A stretch of 63,544 nt of DNA, filler included, from Collodictyon triciliatum (taxonomy: Eukaryota): the NCBI GenBank assembly GCA_043381765.1. It is 11 parts of 11 records of this genome, joined end to end, with 100 filler letters (N's around TTAATTAATTAA, not from the genome) between each part and the next. Parts side by side here need not be neighbours in the genome. Positions count along the whole stretch, not along the records: positions 1 to 6,173 come from JBHJMP010004660.1; positions 6,274 to 12,444 come from JBHJMP010004663.1; positions 12,545 to 14,970 come from JBHJMP010004664.1; 8 more parts are not named here. One strand, written 5' to 3'. Positions 1-12,590 of this stretch are shown one piece after another. The position numbers and the translations under genes are program-made. Below the pieces are notes generated by a model. The model saw only the letters and a program-made list of their open reading frames with translations, was not told the DNA's origin and ran no database searches. Numbering within the stretch: the first letter of the stretch is position 1; every line of letters starts with the position of its first letter.

Positions 1-160
1 CTCTTAACTCTTAACTCTTTACTCTTTACTCTTTACTCTTTACTCTTTACTCTTTACTCTTTACTCTTTACTCTTTACTCTTTACTCTTTACTCTTTACT
101 CTTTACTCTTTACTCTTTACTCTTTACTCTTTGCTCTTTGCTCTTTGCTCTTTGCTCTTT
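1..160. repeat. (TTTACTC)n heptamer microsatellite, probably intronic
   Basis: Tandem CTCTTTA units with a few CTCTTTG/CTCTTAA variants; the same unit recurs at 37405-38170. Confidence 0.95.
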
Positions 161-251
161 ACTTTTATTTTCAACTTTGACTTTTTTTTTTCCCGCATTT
201 ATCATGCGATGTTGAAATGGAGGAACGCTGATGAGAATTCATGTGATTCAG

Positions 252-729
252 GAGATTCTGGAACCACTCTTTGCGTGCAGGTCAAACTCAATGGTATTGA
301 AAAGAGATCGTCTGTTATGTATCATGTAAAAAAGAATGCCATCTGGGATAGAATGAATACATCAGGAGAACACAACATGAAATTCGAAGGGGTCCATTTT
401 ATTCATTATATCATTCCTTAAAGAAATAAAAATATTCGCTGTAGTTTTTAAATTATCAGTAAAATAACAGTAAAACTACGAATTTTGGATAAAGAATATG
501 GGCTTAGCACACTAATATATCCTTCACAAACCAAAGGCATGCGCATGGTCATAACCCCTGTGATAAATTGTAGGTTCCGTGCGATGCTGAAATCCAAGTT
601 GCCATTCTGGATTTGACTGGCATAGGAGCTTCAGTCATTGGTTCCACAAAAGTTCTTCTTCGGAGCCACACCCAATGGTACTGGATGAAGCCGTCGGGTG
701 CAATTCACCTCGAAGTCAAAGCAAACTAA
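252..729 (+). CDS. 3' end of a C2-domain protein (exons 252-391 and 574-729, 5'-partial)
   Basis: GT-AG splicing gives GDSGTTLCVQVKLNGIEKRSSVMYHVKKNAIWD...KFEG|VPCDAEIQVAILDLTGIGASVIGSTKVLLRSHTQWYWMKPSGAIHLEVKAN*, which follows the C2 beta-strand pattern (VxVKL, W, IG, WY, GxIHLxV). Confidence 0.6.
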
Positions 730-1436
730 ACCTACGGTATCCAGGGGGTTTTTTTGCACCTGGCCAAGCAGAAATAAAATTTGAAGCTACTGAAGCATGT
801 TATAGTTCGAGCTTGGTGGTGTATGAAAATAATAGGTGGTGGACATAATCGTGAAACTGACGTTGATTTCCATCTTGTATCGCCCAGGGTTGGAGGCAAA
901 CTTAATTGATGTTGGAGATTCGACTCTTTTCCGCGAGGCTTATATTATAGATTTACCTGCCATAAAATTCGATAGTGTGATAATATCTTTTTTATCCTTT
1001 ATTATCGCGTAGCTACGTGACTGGAAAAGAGACAAAGAAAAATGAAAGAAAAGAAAGGGATGAAAAAAGAAGGAAAGGATAAGTGATAAAGCACAACGTA
1101 AATCTTAATTGGTATTCATTTCTACAAATTGCCATTACCATTCCATCATATATTTGTGATTTACCATTCAATAACCGTCAATGCTATTTACAAAGAGTGT
1201 TGTGGAATTTTGGAGGACTTTTCAGACATAGATAAAAAAAAGCTTTGTTTGACAGCTCCAATAAATCTTATCATCACCCCACTGGGAGATTAGATTGTTT
1301 CAGCAGAGAACCAAGGAGCAAGAACAAGCATCACAAGTCGAATCCAAGCTTGGAAATTCACACACCAAAGGCAGTTCGAGCAAGCAGGAGCGTATGTTTC
1401 TAAAACCACAAACGCGTATCCATACTCGGGTGAATG

Positions 1437-1495
1437 AAAGTTCACTGCCGACTATTGAATCGAATAAAGGAAAAAAAAAAGTTCACTGCCGGCTA
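1437..1495 (+). mobile_element. Family A micro-insertion (LINE 3' tip TTGAATCGAATAAAGG+A-tail) with 18-bp TSD
   Basis: AAAGTTCACTGCCGACTA (1437-1454) and AAAGTTCACTGCCGGCTA (1478-1495) flank a sequence identical to the 3' end of the element at 4290-4314. Confidence 0.85.
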
Positions 1496-2355
1496 CGCAT
1501 GTTCCCGAAACCAGGGGACGGTCAAGCACCACTTCCGATAATACCAGACAAACAATGATGTTTCTTTTTTTTTTTTTTTTATCTGAATAGCCCAGCAAGA
1601 AACGCAAGGAAAGTGACCCGTTGTCTCCTCAAAAGACTCATCCTGTGGAATGCAATAAGATGCAAAACCTTGTCTGAGATAGACGGTTGAAAAGATTCGT
1701 CGGAATCGATTTGAGAAGTAACAGCCATATGCGTACTTCCACCAACCCGACAACTTTATCTGGTCTCCTGTCAGTCTAGAACACAGCCAGAAATCGCGTT
1801 GGATTTGTATCACTTCAGGTAGAATAGTTTGCGTGTGAGAACCTTTTCTCTCCTATCTAACTTTTTTCTATTTTCTTTTTCTTTCTCTTTCCACCCAAAA
1901 CACAAAACCTCCAACCACACAATCCGGGGTTTCTCACTATCTCATCCAAAAGCTGACACGAAATAAGGTAGGTGCGTGTGATCAATTGCTTAGATCATGT
2001 TATAAAGAATATACTTGGATCATTATCAGTAATTCAGAGCGAACCAGTGAAATTATGCTCGGTTATAATCGTATATTTATATATTCCAGATTCAGGACTA
2101 GCAGTTCGTTCTAAGAATTTCGTTTTGTCTGTCTACTTTTATTGCCCGACACCAACCACCCGACTCCAACATGTCACTGACAAAAGGATATACCAACACA
2201 GACTAAAAACAAACAAGACTGGATGCAAACCCGAAGCAAAAGTACCAAGAACAACTACAATATAAATAGCGAGAAAGAATAAAGTAAAATACTAATACTA
2301 ATGAGTTTAATTGTGATAGAACAATAGGAACAGAAAACAGGCCCAGGAACTTGTA

Positions 2356-2973
2356 ATGAGCCGCACACTCCGCTACATCCTAGTGATCGACTTCGAAGCC
2401 ACCTGCGACGATCAGACAAAACTCAGGCCACAGGAAATCATCGAGTTCCCTGTTGTTGTGGTGGACCTGCAAGAAGGCCGCGTGGTCCACGAGTCGCAGC
2501 GCTACGTCCGACCAACGGTTCATCCCGTCTTGACACCCTTCTGCACACATCTGACCGGCATTCGCCAAGACCAAGTGGCGCCTGCTCTGACCATCGACGA
2601 GGTTCTCGGCCAGGTCGTAAGGGAAATCGAGGACTTGGGGTATGAGAAGCAAGGCCTCGTCCTCACCTGTGGCGATTGGGATCTGCTCCAGATGCTGCCT
2701 TTGGAGGCCAAGACCAAGAGGCTGACAACTCCCGCCTGGCTCCGGTCCTGGGCCAACATCAAGGTCCTCTTTCGCGAGTGGTATCCGCGGCACAAACCCA
2801 ACAGCCGGGCCAATCTAGAGCGCATGGGCATGGTGTCTATGCTGGACACTCTTGGACTGCCTCTTCAGGGGCGCCATCATAGCGGAATCGACGACTGCAG
2901 AAACATCGCCCGCATTGTCCTCTACATGGCCAGCAATGGCTGCGCCTTCCGTGCCACTCGTCAGCTGAGCTAG
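2356..2973 (+). CDS. ERI1/ERI3-family DEDDh 3'-5' exoribonuclease, intronless ORF
   Basis: Motifs VIDFEATC, EIIEFP, LTPFCTHLTGIRQDQV, TCGDWDL, GRHHSGIDDCRNIARI. Confidence 0.92.
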   Translation: MSRTLRYILVIDFEATCDDQTKLRPQEIIEFPVVVVDLQEGRVVHESQRYVRPTVHPVLTPFCTHLTGIRQDQVAPALTIDEVLGQVVREIEDLGYEKQGLVLTCGDWDLLQMLPLEAKTKRLTTPAWLRSWANIKVLFREWYPRHKPNSRANLERMGMVSMLDTLGLPLQGRHHSGIDDCRNIARIVLYMASNGCAFRATRQLS

Positions 2974-3021
2974 CTTTGTGTCCATAGTTTTCGAGACATT
3001 CGGTCGGACCACTGCTCTTTT

Positions 3022-3070
3022 CTCTGGGTTACCTTTTTTTTTTTCCCTTTATTCGATTCCTCTGGGTTAC
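3022..3070 (-). mobile_element. Family A micro-insertion, antisense, with 11-bp TSD
   Basis: CTCTGGGTTAC at 3022-3032 and 3060-3070 flank T11-CCCTTTATTCGATTC (reverse complement of GAATCGAATAAAGGG-A11). Confidence 0.85.
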
Positions 3071-3368
3071 TTTTAATCGTGATTGTGCCTCGCCTTTTCT
3101 CCTTCTTGCCCTGATTGGTTCATCAATCTCTCGTGATGGCAGCAATCCACGTTAGTTGTGCTGTGTGGACTCTCTAGCGTCTGGTCTTCGAGCTCGGCTC
3201 ATACACATTTTTTCATTTCAAGGCCGACCGATGGATGATCATCAGCACACTCATTTTACCCATGTCAATAGCATCTCTTTTCTTAAAAATAAACTGACTC
3301 GTTTGGCCACCAGACACGCACACCGAGAACTCTCATTAAAGTGTTTCTAGTAATTATTATTATTACTA

Positions 3369-4330
3369 TTATTTGTTTCCAGCNNNNNNNNNNNNNNNNN
3401 NNNNNNNNNNNNNNNNNNNNNNNNNNNNNNNNNNNNNNNNNNNNNNNNNNNNNNNNNNNNNNNNNNNNNNNNNNNNNNNNNNNNNNNNNNNNNNNNNNNN
3501 NNNNNNNNNNNNNNNNNNNNNNNNNNNNNNNNNNNNNNNNNNNNNNNNNNNNNNNNNNNNNNNNNNNNNNNNNNNNNNNNNNNNNNNNNNNNNNNNNNNN
3601 NNNNNNNNNNNNNNNNNNNNNNNNNNNNNNNNNNNNNNNNNNNNNNNNNNNNNNNNNNNNNNNNNNNNNNNNNNNNNNNNNNNNNNNNNNNNNNNNNNNN
3701 NNNNNNNNNNNNNNNNNNNNNNNNNNNNNNNNNNNNNNNNNNNNNNNNNNNNNNNNNNNNNNNNNTCAAAAAGTGACAGAGTCTACCCACAAGATGCTCT
3801 CTGAGCTTGATTATGCTCCCAACCGACTCAGCGCGTCCGACATACTGTTTGGTCCACAATACTAAATGACCCACGACTCTAGAATACTCTGGACAGTCGC
3901 AAGGGGGCATATGCTGTGGTTCTTATGGAGTGTGCGTGCATTCTCTCGCTCCAATGATTCACCCGAACGAGAAATCAATGTAACCAGGCTTGAAAGCCTC
4001 GTGCAATACAGCTTCCTGAACAGTCTGCTGAAACACGCTCGCATTCTTCGCTACTCTGACCGCAAGCGAAGAGAGATGTGGGAATGTGTCGTGCGATATC
4101 TCCCACAGCATATCCAACCCCTGCTACCCACGCAACCAATCAAGCAGTTGGGTCGCCCACCTGACCAGCTCGCCATCACTGATTTCTTTCCAATGCTACC
4201 CCCTCCACAGTAGTGACCTCCCATACTCGCGTTTGCTCTCTATCATACGCTCCATCCCGCCCCTTTGTATGGCATAACCTCGCTACACTTTGAATCGAAT
4301 AAAGGAAAAAAAAAGTTATTTGTTTCCAGC
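3369..4330 (+). mobile_element. 5'-truncated L1/Tx1-like LINE (family A): ORF2 C-terminus, 3' UTR, A-tail, 15-bp TSD; spans an N gap
   Basis: TTATTTGTTTCCAGC at 3369-3383 and 4316-4330. Translation ...DILFGPQY*...ILWTVARGHMLWFLWSVR... resembles the Trp-rich end of L1-clade ORF2 and has an internal stop. Ends GAATCGAATAAAGG-A9. A diverged second copy is at 51749-52250. Confidence 0.8.
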
Positions 4331-5764
4331 ATGAGATAATGAGAGTGAGCCTGCTCTTGCAAAGTTTCACACTGACGCAATATCTTGCCTCGTATATAGA
4401 CGATATCTCTACTGTCGTCGAGGGTATGTGTTTGTGTTTGTGTTTGTGTCTGTGAGTGCCGTTTGGTTCGTGGGGTTGATGCAGCCGTTCGAAGGTTCTT
4501 TCCTTTCTGACAGTTTGTACCGTTTTATGGCGACTTCATGCTGAACTTCAATAAAAGGCCGCTACCACTAATATTGACAGTTTTGTTGTCATAATTGTAT
4601 TGATATATTTATTTTTAAAATCTTATTTATATTAAAAGAATATTCACAATAATGAAATATAGAAAAAAGGAATGATTAATTTATTTTCCAGAATCGATAA
4701 AGAAAGCGGCGCAATGTTGCGCAAATGAGACAGACACATAAATCAAGAAATTATGACAAGCTATTACGTTATCCCAAATAGGGGACTCTGTTGATTTATT
4801 TAATATTATATCCTTAACCAGAGAAAGTGTGGATAAAGTAAATTCTGATTCTAAATGTGGACAATAGCTCCGATCAACTTTGAATCCACAGCGATTTTTT
4901 TCCCGATTCTTTTTGTTTTGTTTCAATTGATCGGGCTGCGGTCGCACTCGCAAACGATCAGGAAAGGATTGGCAGCAAACATATACTCTCATCGCCTTCT
5001 CTGTGGCCTGAACAACGTCCATATCTTTCCAGATACACCACAAAGAAAAAAAGGAGTAGAGATTCTGCATTTCTTAGCCTCGTCCCAGGCTGCTTCCGAT
5101 GGAGAAGTTCTTGACTGAATCGACGTCTTCAACAAAGGCAACTTTTTACTTTTTGTTTTCAAACCGTTATCTTCCTTGGCCAAAGCTGATTATTCAGCCG
5201 CAACACGCCTTTACCTCACTCATGAAAAAAAACAAAAAAAACAAAAAAGGCTGAGTGCCTCACTCACTCATATTACTCACATGCTTGTTGACGAGTATGC
5301 ACTGTATCTCTCCATTCTTTACCCTTTTCATATAATTTCAATTCGTTTCTTTCCTTCGTCGATCATAGACTCCTTCAGACGTTCCCCAGTTCACTGGAAC
5401 AAACTTTTGCCATTCCATAATGAACGTGCTGTACGGACTGGAAGGACGCAAATTCGATGTAAGTGGAATGTGCAAACTGGGTTTCCTTTCGTACTGTCCT
5501 TGTTTAATTTCTTCTTTTAATCGAATCGTTTATGCCATCCACCTCATCTTCTCATTCTGTGGGTTCTGTACTGTTTATTGATATTGTGCTCTGGCAAAGA
5601 CTCGAGCTGTCAAACTCATCAACATATTATTTAAGGTGGACGATTCGTCTCCCATGAATTTCAACGAAACACCCTTTCACGCAGACAAATGTGCTCGAAA
5701 ATTCATACTGTTTTCCTGTCTCAAATGGTTCCTTGAATGGTGAGGCTTGGGTAAAATTGCTTTT

Positions 5765-5823
5765 ATTCTTCTCTTACTTTTCTTTGAATCGAATAAAGGA
5801 AAAAAAATTCTTCTCTTACTTTT
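5765..5823 (+). mobile_element. Family A micro-insertion with 17-bp TSD
   Basis: ATTCTTCTCTTACTTTT at 5765-5781 and 5807-5823 flank CTTTGAATCGAATAAAGG-A7. Confidence 0.85.
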
Positions 5824-6173
5824 TTCTTTTAAAAGATAATATTTCCTTTATTTTCTTTGATTGCACACTTAAGATATTGGATTTCCTGATTTTTGATCTG
5901 TGTATTATTTAATTTGTTCCATGAGTGAAATCATATGTTCAGTCTTCTCAATGTGACTCATCTTCATTCCTTCATTCACGGTGTGGTTTACATCCGATTG
6001 TAGCGAGTACGAGCACGATGTTTTGAATTTCTGCATTTGCGCTGACCACTATGGGAGCATATCTTCGGGTCGAGATGCCATTGAATTTGCAAATTTTCTT
6101 TACAAACAAGTAAGTGCTGAACTCATCGCAAGTTATCTAATCTGATGGACTTCGATTAGCAGTGTCTAATATA

Positions 6174-6273
6174 NNNNNNNNNNNNNNNNNNNNNNNNNNN
6201 NNNNNNNNNNNNNNNNNTTAATTAATTAANNNNNNNNNNNNNNNNNNNNNNNNNNNNNNNNNNNNNNNNNNNN
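6174..6273. other. Artificial contig spacer N44-TTAATTAATTAA-N44 (also 12445-12544, 14971-15070, 18806-18905, 25076-25175, 31346-31445, 40674-40773, 46935-47034, 53194-53293, 59445-59544)
   Basis: Identical 100-nt block ten times; the 12-mer puts stop codons in all six frames. Confidence 0.98.
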
Positions 6274-6475
6274 TAAAAAATAAAAAATAAAAAATAAAAA
6301 ATAAAAAATAAAAAATAAAAAATAAAAAATAAAAAATAAAAAATAAAAAATAAAAAATAAAAAATAAAAAAGTACACAAAAAGTACACAAAAAGTACACA
6401 AAAAGTACACAAAAAGTACACAAAAAGTACACAAAAAGTACACAAAAAGTACACAAAAAGTACGCAAAAAGTACA
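6274..6475. repeat. (TAAAAAA)n followed by (AGTACACAAAA)n tandem repeats at contig end
   Basis: Directly visible tandem units. Confidence 0.95.
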
Positions 6476-7137
6476 AACCGATGCTATCATCGATCTCTAT
6501 GTTGTAGTGTAAAGTATATTTGAAACTCGTGGACGCGGAATTAAATTTTAAAATTTCAAGATTCTTTGAGTCATTTCTTGAGTAAAACCATGCTGACAGT
6601 AAAGGAGTCAAAGTTCTATGTGTGATTTTAAAGCTTTTATTTTAATACATTTTGACACTTGATTAAATAATTAGTCCTTAATTTTCGATACTCTTGATAT
6701 TCTATAAAAACCAAAACAATTAACTACCGTATTTTAGATGAAGATTTTATCCTTGACTCTCTGGAAAGAGAGTCGATATGCGTCCACCCCATCCAACCCA
6801 CAAGGCAATCAGAATTGATCCTTAGACTCTCTATAGATACATTTACCTTTGGTGTGTGTAACCGAAAAGGAACCTGGGACTGGAAAACTAAAAGGAAGAG
6901 TAATTTAATTCGGATAAGTACATGAATGAAATTCTATGAATGAGCCTAAAAATATCATCTGAATCGACTTATGAACTAAGTGAAGAAAAATAAAAACCAT
7001 TGAATAAGTATCTAGAGAATTGACTGGATGTTCGATTAAGAGCTCTAAGACCACATATCGCCTTATGTGCCTCTCCAACGCCAAGGTTTTCAAGGGATTC
7101 TAGAATAAACTTGTCCATTCTGAGATGTAAACTTCCT

Positions 7138-10100
7138 TCATGAGACGCTAACATAACTCGAGATTTGGAGAAAACAGTAGCCTTTTCGATGGCCGTATAG
7201 AGGTTCTAATGGTAAAATGATGTGCGAATTTAATATTTGGAAAACATAAAATAATTTTGAGCTCAACTTATCAAATAAACATATATATATGCGACTAAAA
7301 TGAACCTGGAAAGTATTAAATTTCACGGTAACCTTTAAGGCCTCTAATCCAATTGTATCTTTAATGACTTTGGATGTAAACATTAGGGTATTATTGAAAG
7401 CAGGACTGTCTTTGATGAAATAAACATAATTGAACATTTGATTGGATATCGAAGAGCCAGATTCGATAGTGTCTGGTAGTTTAGAAATTTTTCTCCATGT
7501 TCTTAGAGTATTTTTGAAAAGGGGTTCCAGAAGAGATATCATCGATGTATTCTTATCAGACATAGTGGTTTGCACATAAGGTTGTCCTATATTATTATTA
7601 TTTTAATTGTAAAATAAATTTGTAAATCGATTGTACACTTAAATGCTTCATAAACTAGCTTAATTTTTTTTAGTCATATAATTCTTTTTTTTTTTAAAAT
7701 CTTTAGCACCATAATTAAATTCAAACACATAAATATGAACAAACCCATTTCTTGAAGGACAATATTTGAAAAGTAAAGGAAGTAATATGAATCTGATGAA
7801 TTATAGAAAGCTCCATTGGCTTGTGTGAGTAAGGTAAAGCCGATGTTATTTTCAATTGGTCTAACATGCACGCTAACCCAAACTCTCACTTTAGCCCCTA
7901 AGCGATTACTGACCTCACATATAATTACAATATTCCCAGATGGAAGGTAAGCTTCAAAGTAATGCATATTCGATTCAATCAGTAGCACAGGGGTTAAAAT
8001 AGTGGACTCATCTCGGTAATAAAAGGCATATGTCAATGGTGTATTCTGCGAAACATCCTCCCAGGCAATCGCAGTCATAGTAAATAAAGTTTCAAAAGCA
8101 ACACCAGAGACTGGAGAACATATCAAAGACCCTCCAGTTGGCGGGCCCTTGGGTGTTATGGTAACAAAACTTTGTCCTGATTTTCCTTTCTGGTCATTCG
8201 TTGTGAGTGTGATATAGATTGGAACGCTTGGGTGAACTTGGTCGGGCAGTATAGTGAAGCTACTGCCATATTCACTCATGACAATAGAGTCAGAGTTAAT
8301 ATCAATATAGCCGTCCGAAATAGACCAAGTATAAGAATACACCATATCCGGTTGATGGTCCATTAATGTCGACGAAAGGATGCGTATGTATGAGCTCGGA
8401 ACAATCGATTCTATGGAAGGTAATACACTTATTGTAGATGCTACTGTGTTACCAGTAACATATTTCAAGAATGCATACCCTGTAACATCTGTGCGAAGCT
8501 TCGAAACTGTAACTGAAAAGTGATATGTACCCGGAAGAAAGGTATCCGAATTTATGAAAATAGTAGATTCGTCAGGCAATGGTAGATCACATGATTCCCC
8601 ATAAGGATCATGACATGTCCATTTGTACGAAAAGTCAAATGGAAGTTTGTTATGGTCTACCACATCAACGACTAATTCTACAGAATCTTCTACGCCAACA
8701 GTTCGATTACCACCAGCTATCGTCACCACATATGGCGATTCAGCTACATAAAATCCGGTAATGTGGTAAATACTATTGTTAGTTCCCAAGCTAGTTGCAG
8801 ACACACTGAGATGAATATAGTCATCTATGAATGAACGAAAAGCAAATTCCTTGAAATAAATCTTTCTTTCAACACGCTGATTATTTGAGACTCCAAAATC
8901 ACTGAATCGGCCGGTGGTTGAGCTGGAAATGGTCCACAAAAACCTTGGATTAGCTATCAAGCCACCTCCACACATATTTGCTACCAAGTTAACGGTATAG
9001 CTGAAAGGAAGGTGTAATGCGATGAACGATTCTGACGGACCGCTAATGAACATACCTGGAGAATCCATATCCACCCTGTTAACTTGAATTATAGAAGAGC
9101 TGCTCAATCCAACTATGTTTGTAACAGTTACTCGAATGAAATACTTGTTATTGTGAGGAAGGCCATTGATGATTTCATTTTCTTGAGGCAATATTTTGAT
9201 TATTGGCGATTCTTGGGTAGAGAGTAAAGCAACAAAAGCATTTGATTCGAATTTGTTAATTGAATATAAAAACTCCCATCTGTATCGTAATAGCGATTTT
9301 CCTCCATATGAAAAAGATGCATCTAGAATAAAAGGGGAACACTTTCCGAACACACTACCAGTAGCCAAAGCCACAGGATGTATCGGTTCTTTATCAACAG
9401 AAAGTAAAACTGAGCCAGAACTGAAAGGGTATATATCCGATGCATTATTTCGCTGTCCTTTTGCAGCGATCGAATTATTTGTTATTTTTATATTGGAACC
9501 AACAACAGGGAATATGTTTGGATATATTTGGATAGTTTTGTAATCCAACCAGTAACAATTGGCCAATTTTCCAATCTTTTCTATGGTTCCACTGTCGAAT
9601 AAAAACTCGCAAGTAGTGATATGTAGAGAACCGCCTTTGTTTGTCTCGCGTTCAAATCTGACGTATATGCTTCTAAAGTCGTTGCTGTACTTTGCATAAA
9701 GAAGCGATATAGGATATGTTAATATCGAAAAATGCAGCTCTTTATCAATTATATCCTTTCCTATTTTGATAAAGATTGAATAATATCCAGGATTATAGTT
9801 TCTTGGTGTTAAGCTATAGAGAGTATTTTCGTCAATTATAGTAAACCAAATCGGTGATTCAACTGGATAGAAATATAAGTTCATAATTGACAACATCCTA
9901 GGAGAAAATCCCTGCCCTCTGATGGTTATAGGCGTGCTTTCTTCATAATATCCTTTGCTAGGCTGAATTCCAGTGGTTTTTAAAGGACCATAGAAAAAGT
10001 ATTGCTCCTCTTGGTAAGTAACTTTGTCACCGTGAATAAAAACGACAGCATTTCCTATGGCAAAGTAGTTATTCGGGGATAGCTTGGGTACTACCAATAT

Positions 10101-12444
10101 GTACTCATTTTGATTCTTCAGAGAAGCTTTTCCGGATAGTTTCTTCCCCATACTATCAGAGATTTCGACATCTAGAAATCGGGAAGTGTCATTACCTGTC
10201 ATAATTACTAAATCATAATCACCAAAAATAGGGCCGCTTGGTGGATGTATGCTGATTATGCCGGTGGAAAAGTATTTAAATACCGAATATTGATTCTGGG
10301 AGCTGACCAAATTTCCAACCGAAATTGAAACGGTAAGGTTGGTGAATGGTTTTTGACTGGGGGGTGTGTAACATATTAAAAGACTATCATTCACCCACAA
10401 AGTCGGTATGCATGGTAAATTATTTATCCTTGCTGTTTGATCATATTGATATGAGCCAAAGTTTCTTCCAATTATAGAGACAGGAGTGAGCCCAGTCATA
10501 GACGATGTCTGCGGATTTAATTGTGCTGTAATTTCAGGAGCATAGTATGACCAAATGAATGCATTTGATATTGAAGAGCCAATGCTTACTTCCAATTTCA
10601 GCCCATTTCCCAGACCAGGAGGTGTCTGAATAACAATAAGAGTGTCATTTTGGGAAATAAGAACGGAAATTACTTTATTAATCATAACTTTGGTGATATC
10701 TGTAGAGTTTGCATTAAAATACAATCCTCTGATTGTGACAACTGTCCCCCCAACACAAGGCCCAGTAGAGGGATGTATAGATTGAATAAAAGGGTCTTGG
10801 TACGTCCAAAACAAATAAGAAGGACTTTCCAAGTGTCCTGTCATCACACTAACTTTCGCAAACCCTTCTAAACCTGGGGGTGTAATACATTTTAATGATG
10901 TAGAGTTTAATAGTTGTGTTGATATGCACGGAGTCCCTCCTAAATATGCTTTCGTATCATTGGCGAAAACAGGTCCATACAGTGTGATCCATGTCCCACC
11001 ACTACTTGGACCAATTGTTGGGTAAATAGAGTAGATTTCAGGCAAAAAAGAAAAAACGTCGATTGGAGAGTTTGAAGGCTGACCAGCAACTTCGAGTATA
11101 ACGGGGAAGGTCCCAACCTGCGCCCATTTTTGTAATTTGATCATTACAGCAAAGTTTGTGCGGAAAATTATGCAGTCAGTAGAGATTTCAATATTCCCAA
11201 TCATAATCCGAAAATCAAGGCCTAATTTACTGAATCCAAAAGAGTGCCCAAGCAATGTAAGGTTATAGCCTCCACTAACAAGACCTGATGAAGGACTAAT
11301 TTTACTTATCGTTGGGGATGTGTAGTCGACAGTGATAGGTTCATCGTTAGGATAGGAAGCATTAACAGAGAGAATGCTGAGTTTGACAATAACATTTTTT
11401 CCAACTCCTGGTGGTGCAGTGCAAGTAAATTGATTATCTGAGAGAATTTGAACAGCAATGCAATGCTCAGGTCCAATGAACACACGGTAGGCATATGCAG
11501 CATTAAGGGTTAGGAGATAGTGTCCTGTAATAGTAATAAGATATCTCGATGGATCGGTTGTAAATACTGGCAATAATTTTGGAGAAACAGAGGAAATTAC
11601 CGGTATCTTAAATTCGAAAAAAGTTTTACTGTTACTAGTAAATCCGTTCACGACGACGTGCATTTTATACAGACCAGGATTTGAAAATGGTGTTGTACAT
11701 ATAACACAAGATGGGGAAACATATTTCACATCTAAACATTTAAGTATTCCAATCATGACAAATAAGTTGTCGTTTTCACCACCAAAGTTTTCCCCTTTGA
11801 TGGTAATAGAAAAGCCACCACCAATACCGCAGAATGGAGGGTCAACAGAGACTATGACCGGAGCGTTGACTTCACCAATGGACGGCGAGTACGATTCAAA
11901 CATACCATTCGACTTATAGTTTGAAAAAGTGTTTGAGCTAAAACGACTTGGGGACATATCATGAATGGACGTCTTCCCCTTAGAGCTAAGAACCTTAGTG
12001 AAAGATTGAAGTGACTGGGGTTGACTGAATGTAAGAGAAAGAGAATGAAATACTGCAGAAGACAGGGCTAGTGATTGTGAGATAATTACTCCTGATCGCG
12101 GCGAAGCAAGAGTTTGAGATTGAAATGGAGTACATGATACCGCTTTGGATAGAGGAGACTGAGATTGAGATTGAGATTGTGATTGGGAATGGGAATGGGA
12201 TTGGGATTGGGATTGGGATTGAGACTGGGATTGAGATTGGGATTGGGATTGGGATTGAGATTGGGATTGTGATTGTGATTGTGATTGTGATTGTGATTGT
12301 GATTGTGATTGTGATTGTGATTGAGATTGAGATTGTGATTGTGGTTGTGATTGTGATTGTGATTGTGATTGTGATTGTGATTGTGATTGTGATTGTGATT
12401 GTGATTGTGATTGTGATTGTGATTGTGATTGTGATTGTGATTGT
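7138..12444 (-). CDS. Large surface protein: (SQ)n tract, about 7-8 IPT/TIG repeats, REJ/PKD-like region; 5'-partial, 3' end uncertain
   Basis: The frame stays open upstream of 11957 to the contig end, reading (GATTGT)n as Ser-Gln. Repeats PxIxSIxPxxGxxxGGxxITIxGxxF...CxTPPG (TIG). LDASFSYGG...YRW, IAGGNRTV, PPTGGSLICSPVSGVAFETLFTM...WED...PLTYAFYY...LPSG are REJ-like. GT-AG intron near 7586-7745 leads to a further exon. Confidence 0.8.
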
Positions 12445-12544
12445 NNNNNNNNNNNNNNNNNNNNNNNNNNNNNNNNNNNNNNNNNNNNTTAATTAATTAA
12501 NNNNNNNNNNNNNNNNNNNNNNNNNNNNNNNNNNNNNNNNNNNN

Positions 12545-12590
<46 letters not shown>

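Noticed and set aside
1295-1820. Short ORFs and exon-like segments
   Set aside because: Stops in candidate frames, no recognisable motif, and interrupted by a family A insertion.
3341-3910. ORFs running through N gaps or simple repeats (also 37303-38251, 57028-57856, poly-K/F/I ORFs)
   Set aside because: Open only because Ns or microsatellites lack stops.
4855-6110. Possible exons of a plus-strand gene
   Set aside because: Splice-like sites exist but I could not build a consistent, recognisable product.
6218-6229. Recurrent TTAATTAATTAA motif
   Set aside because: Always centred in 44+44 Ns; it is an assembly linker, not biology.
12125-12496. Plus-strand (IV)n hydrophobic ORF
   Set aside because: Antisense shadow of the (SQ)n tract of the minus-strand gene.
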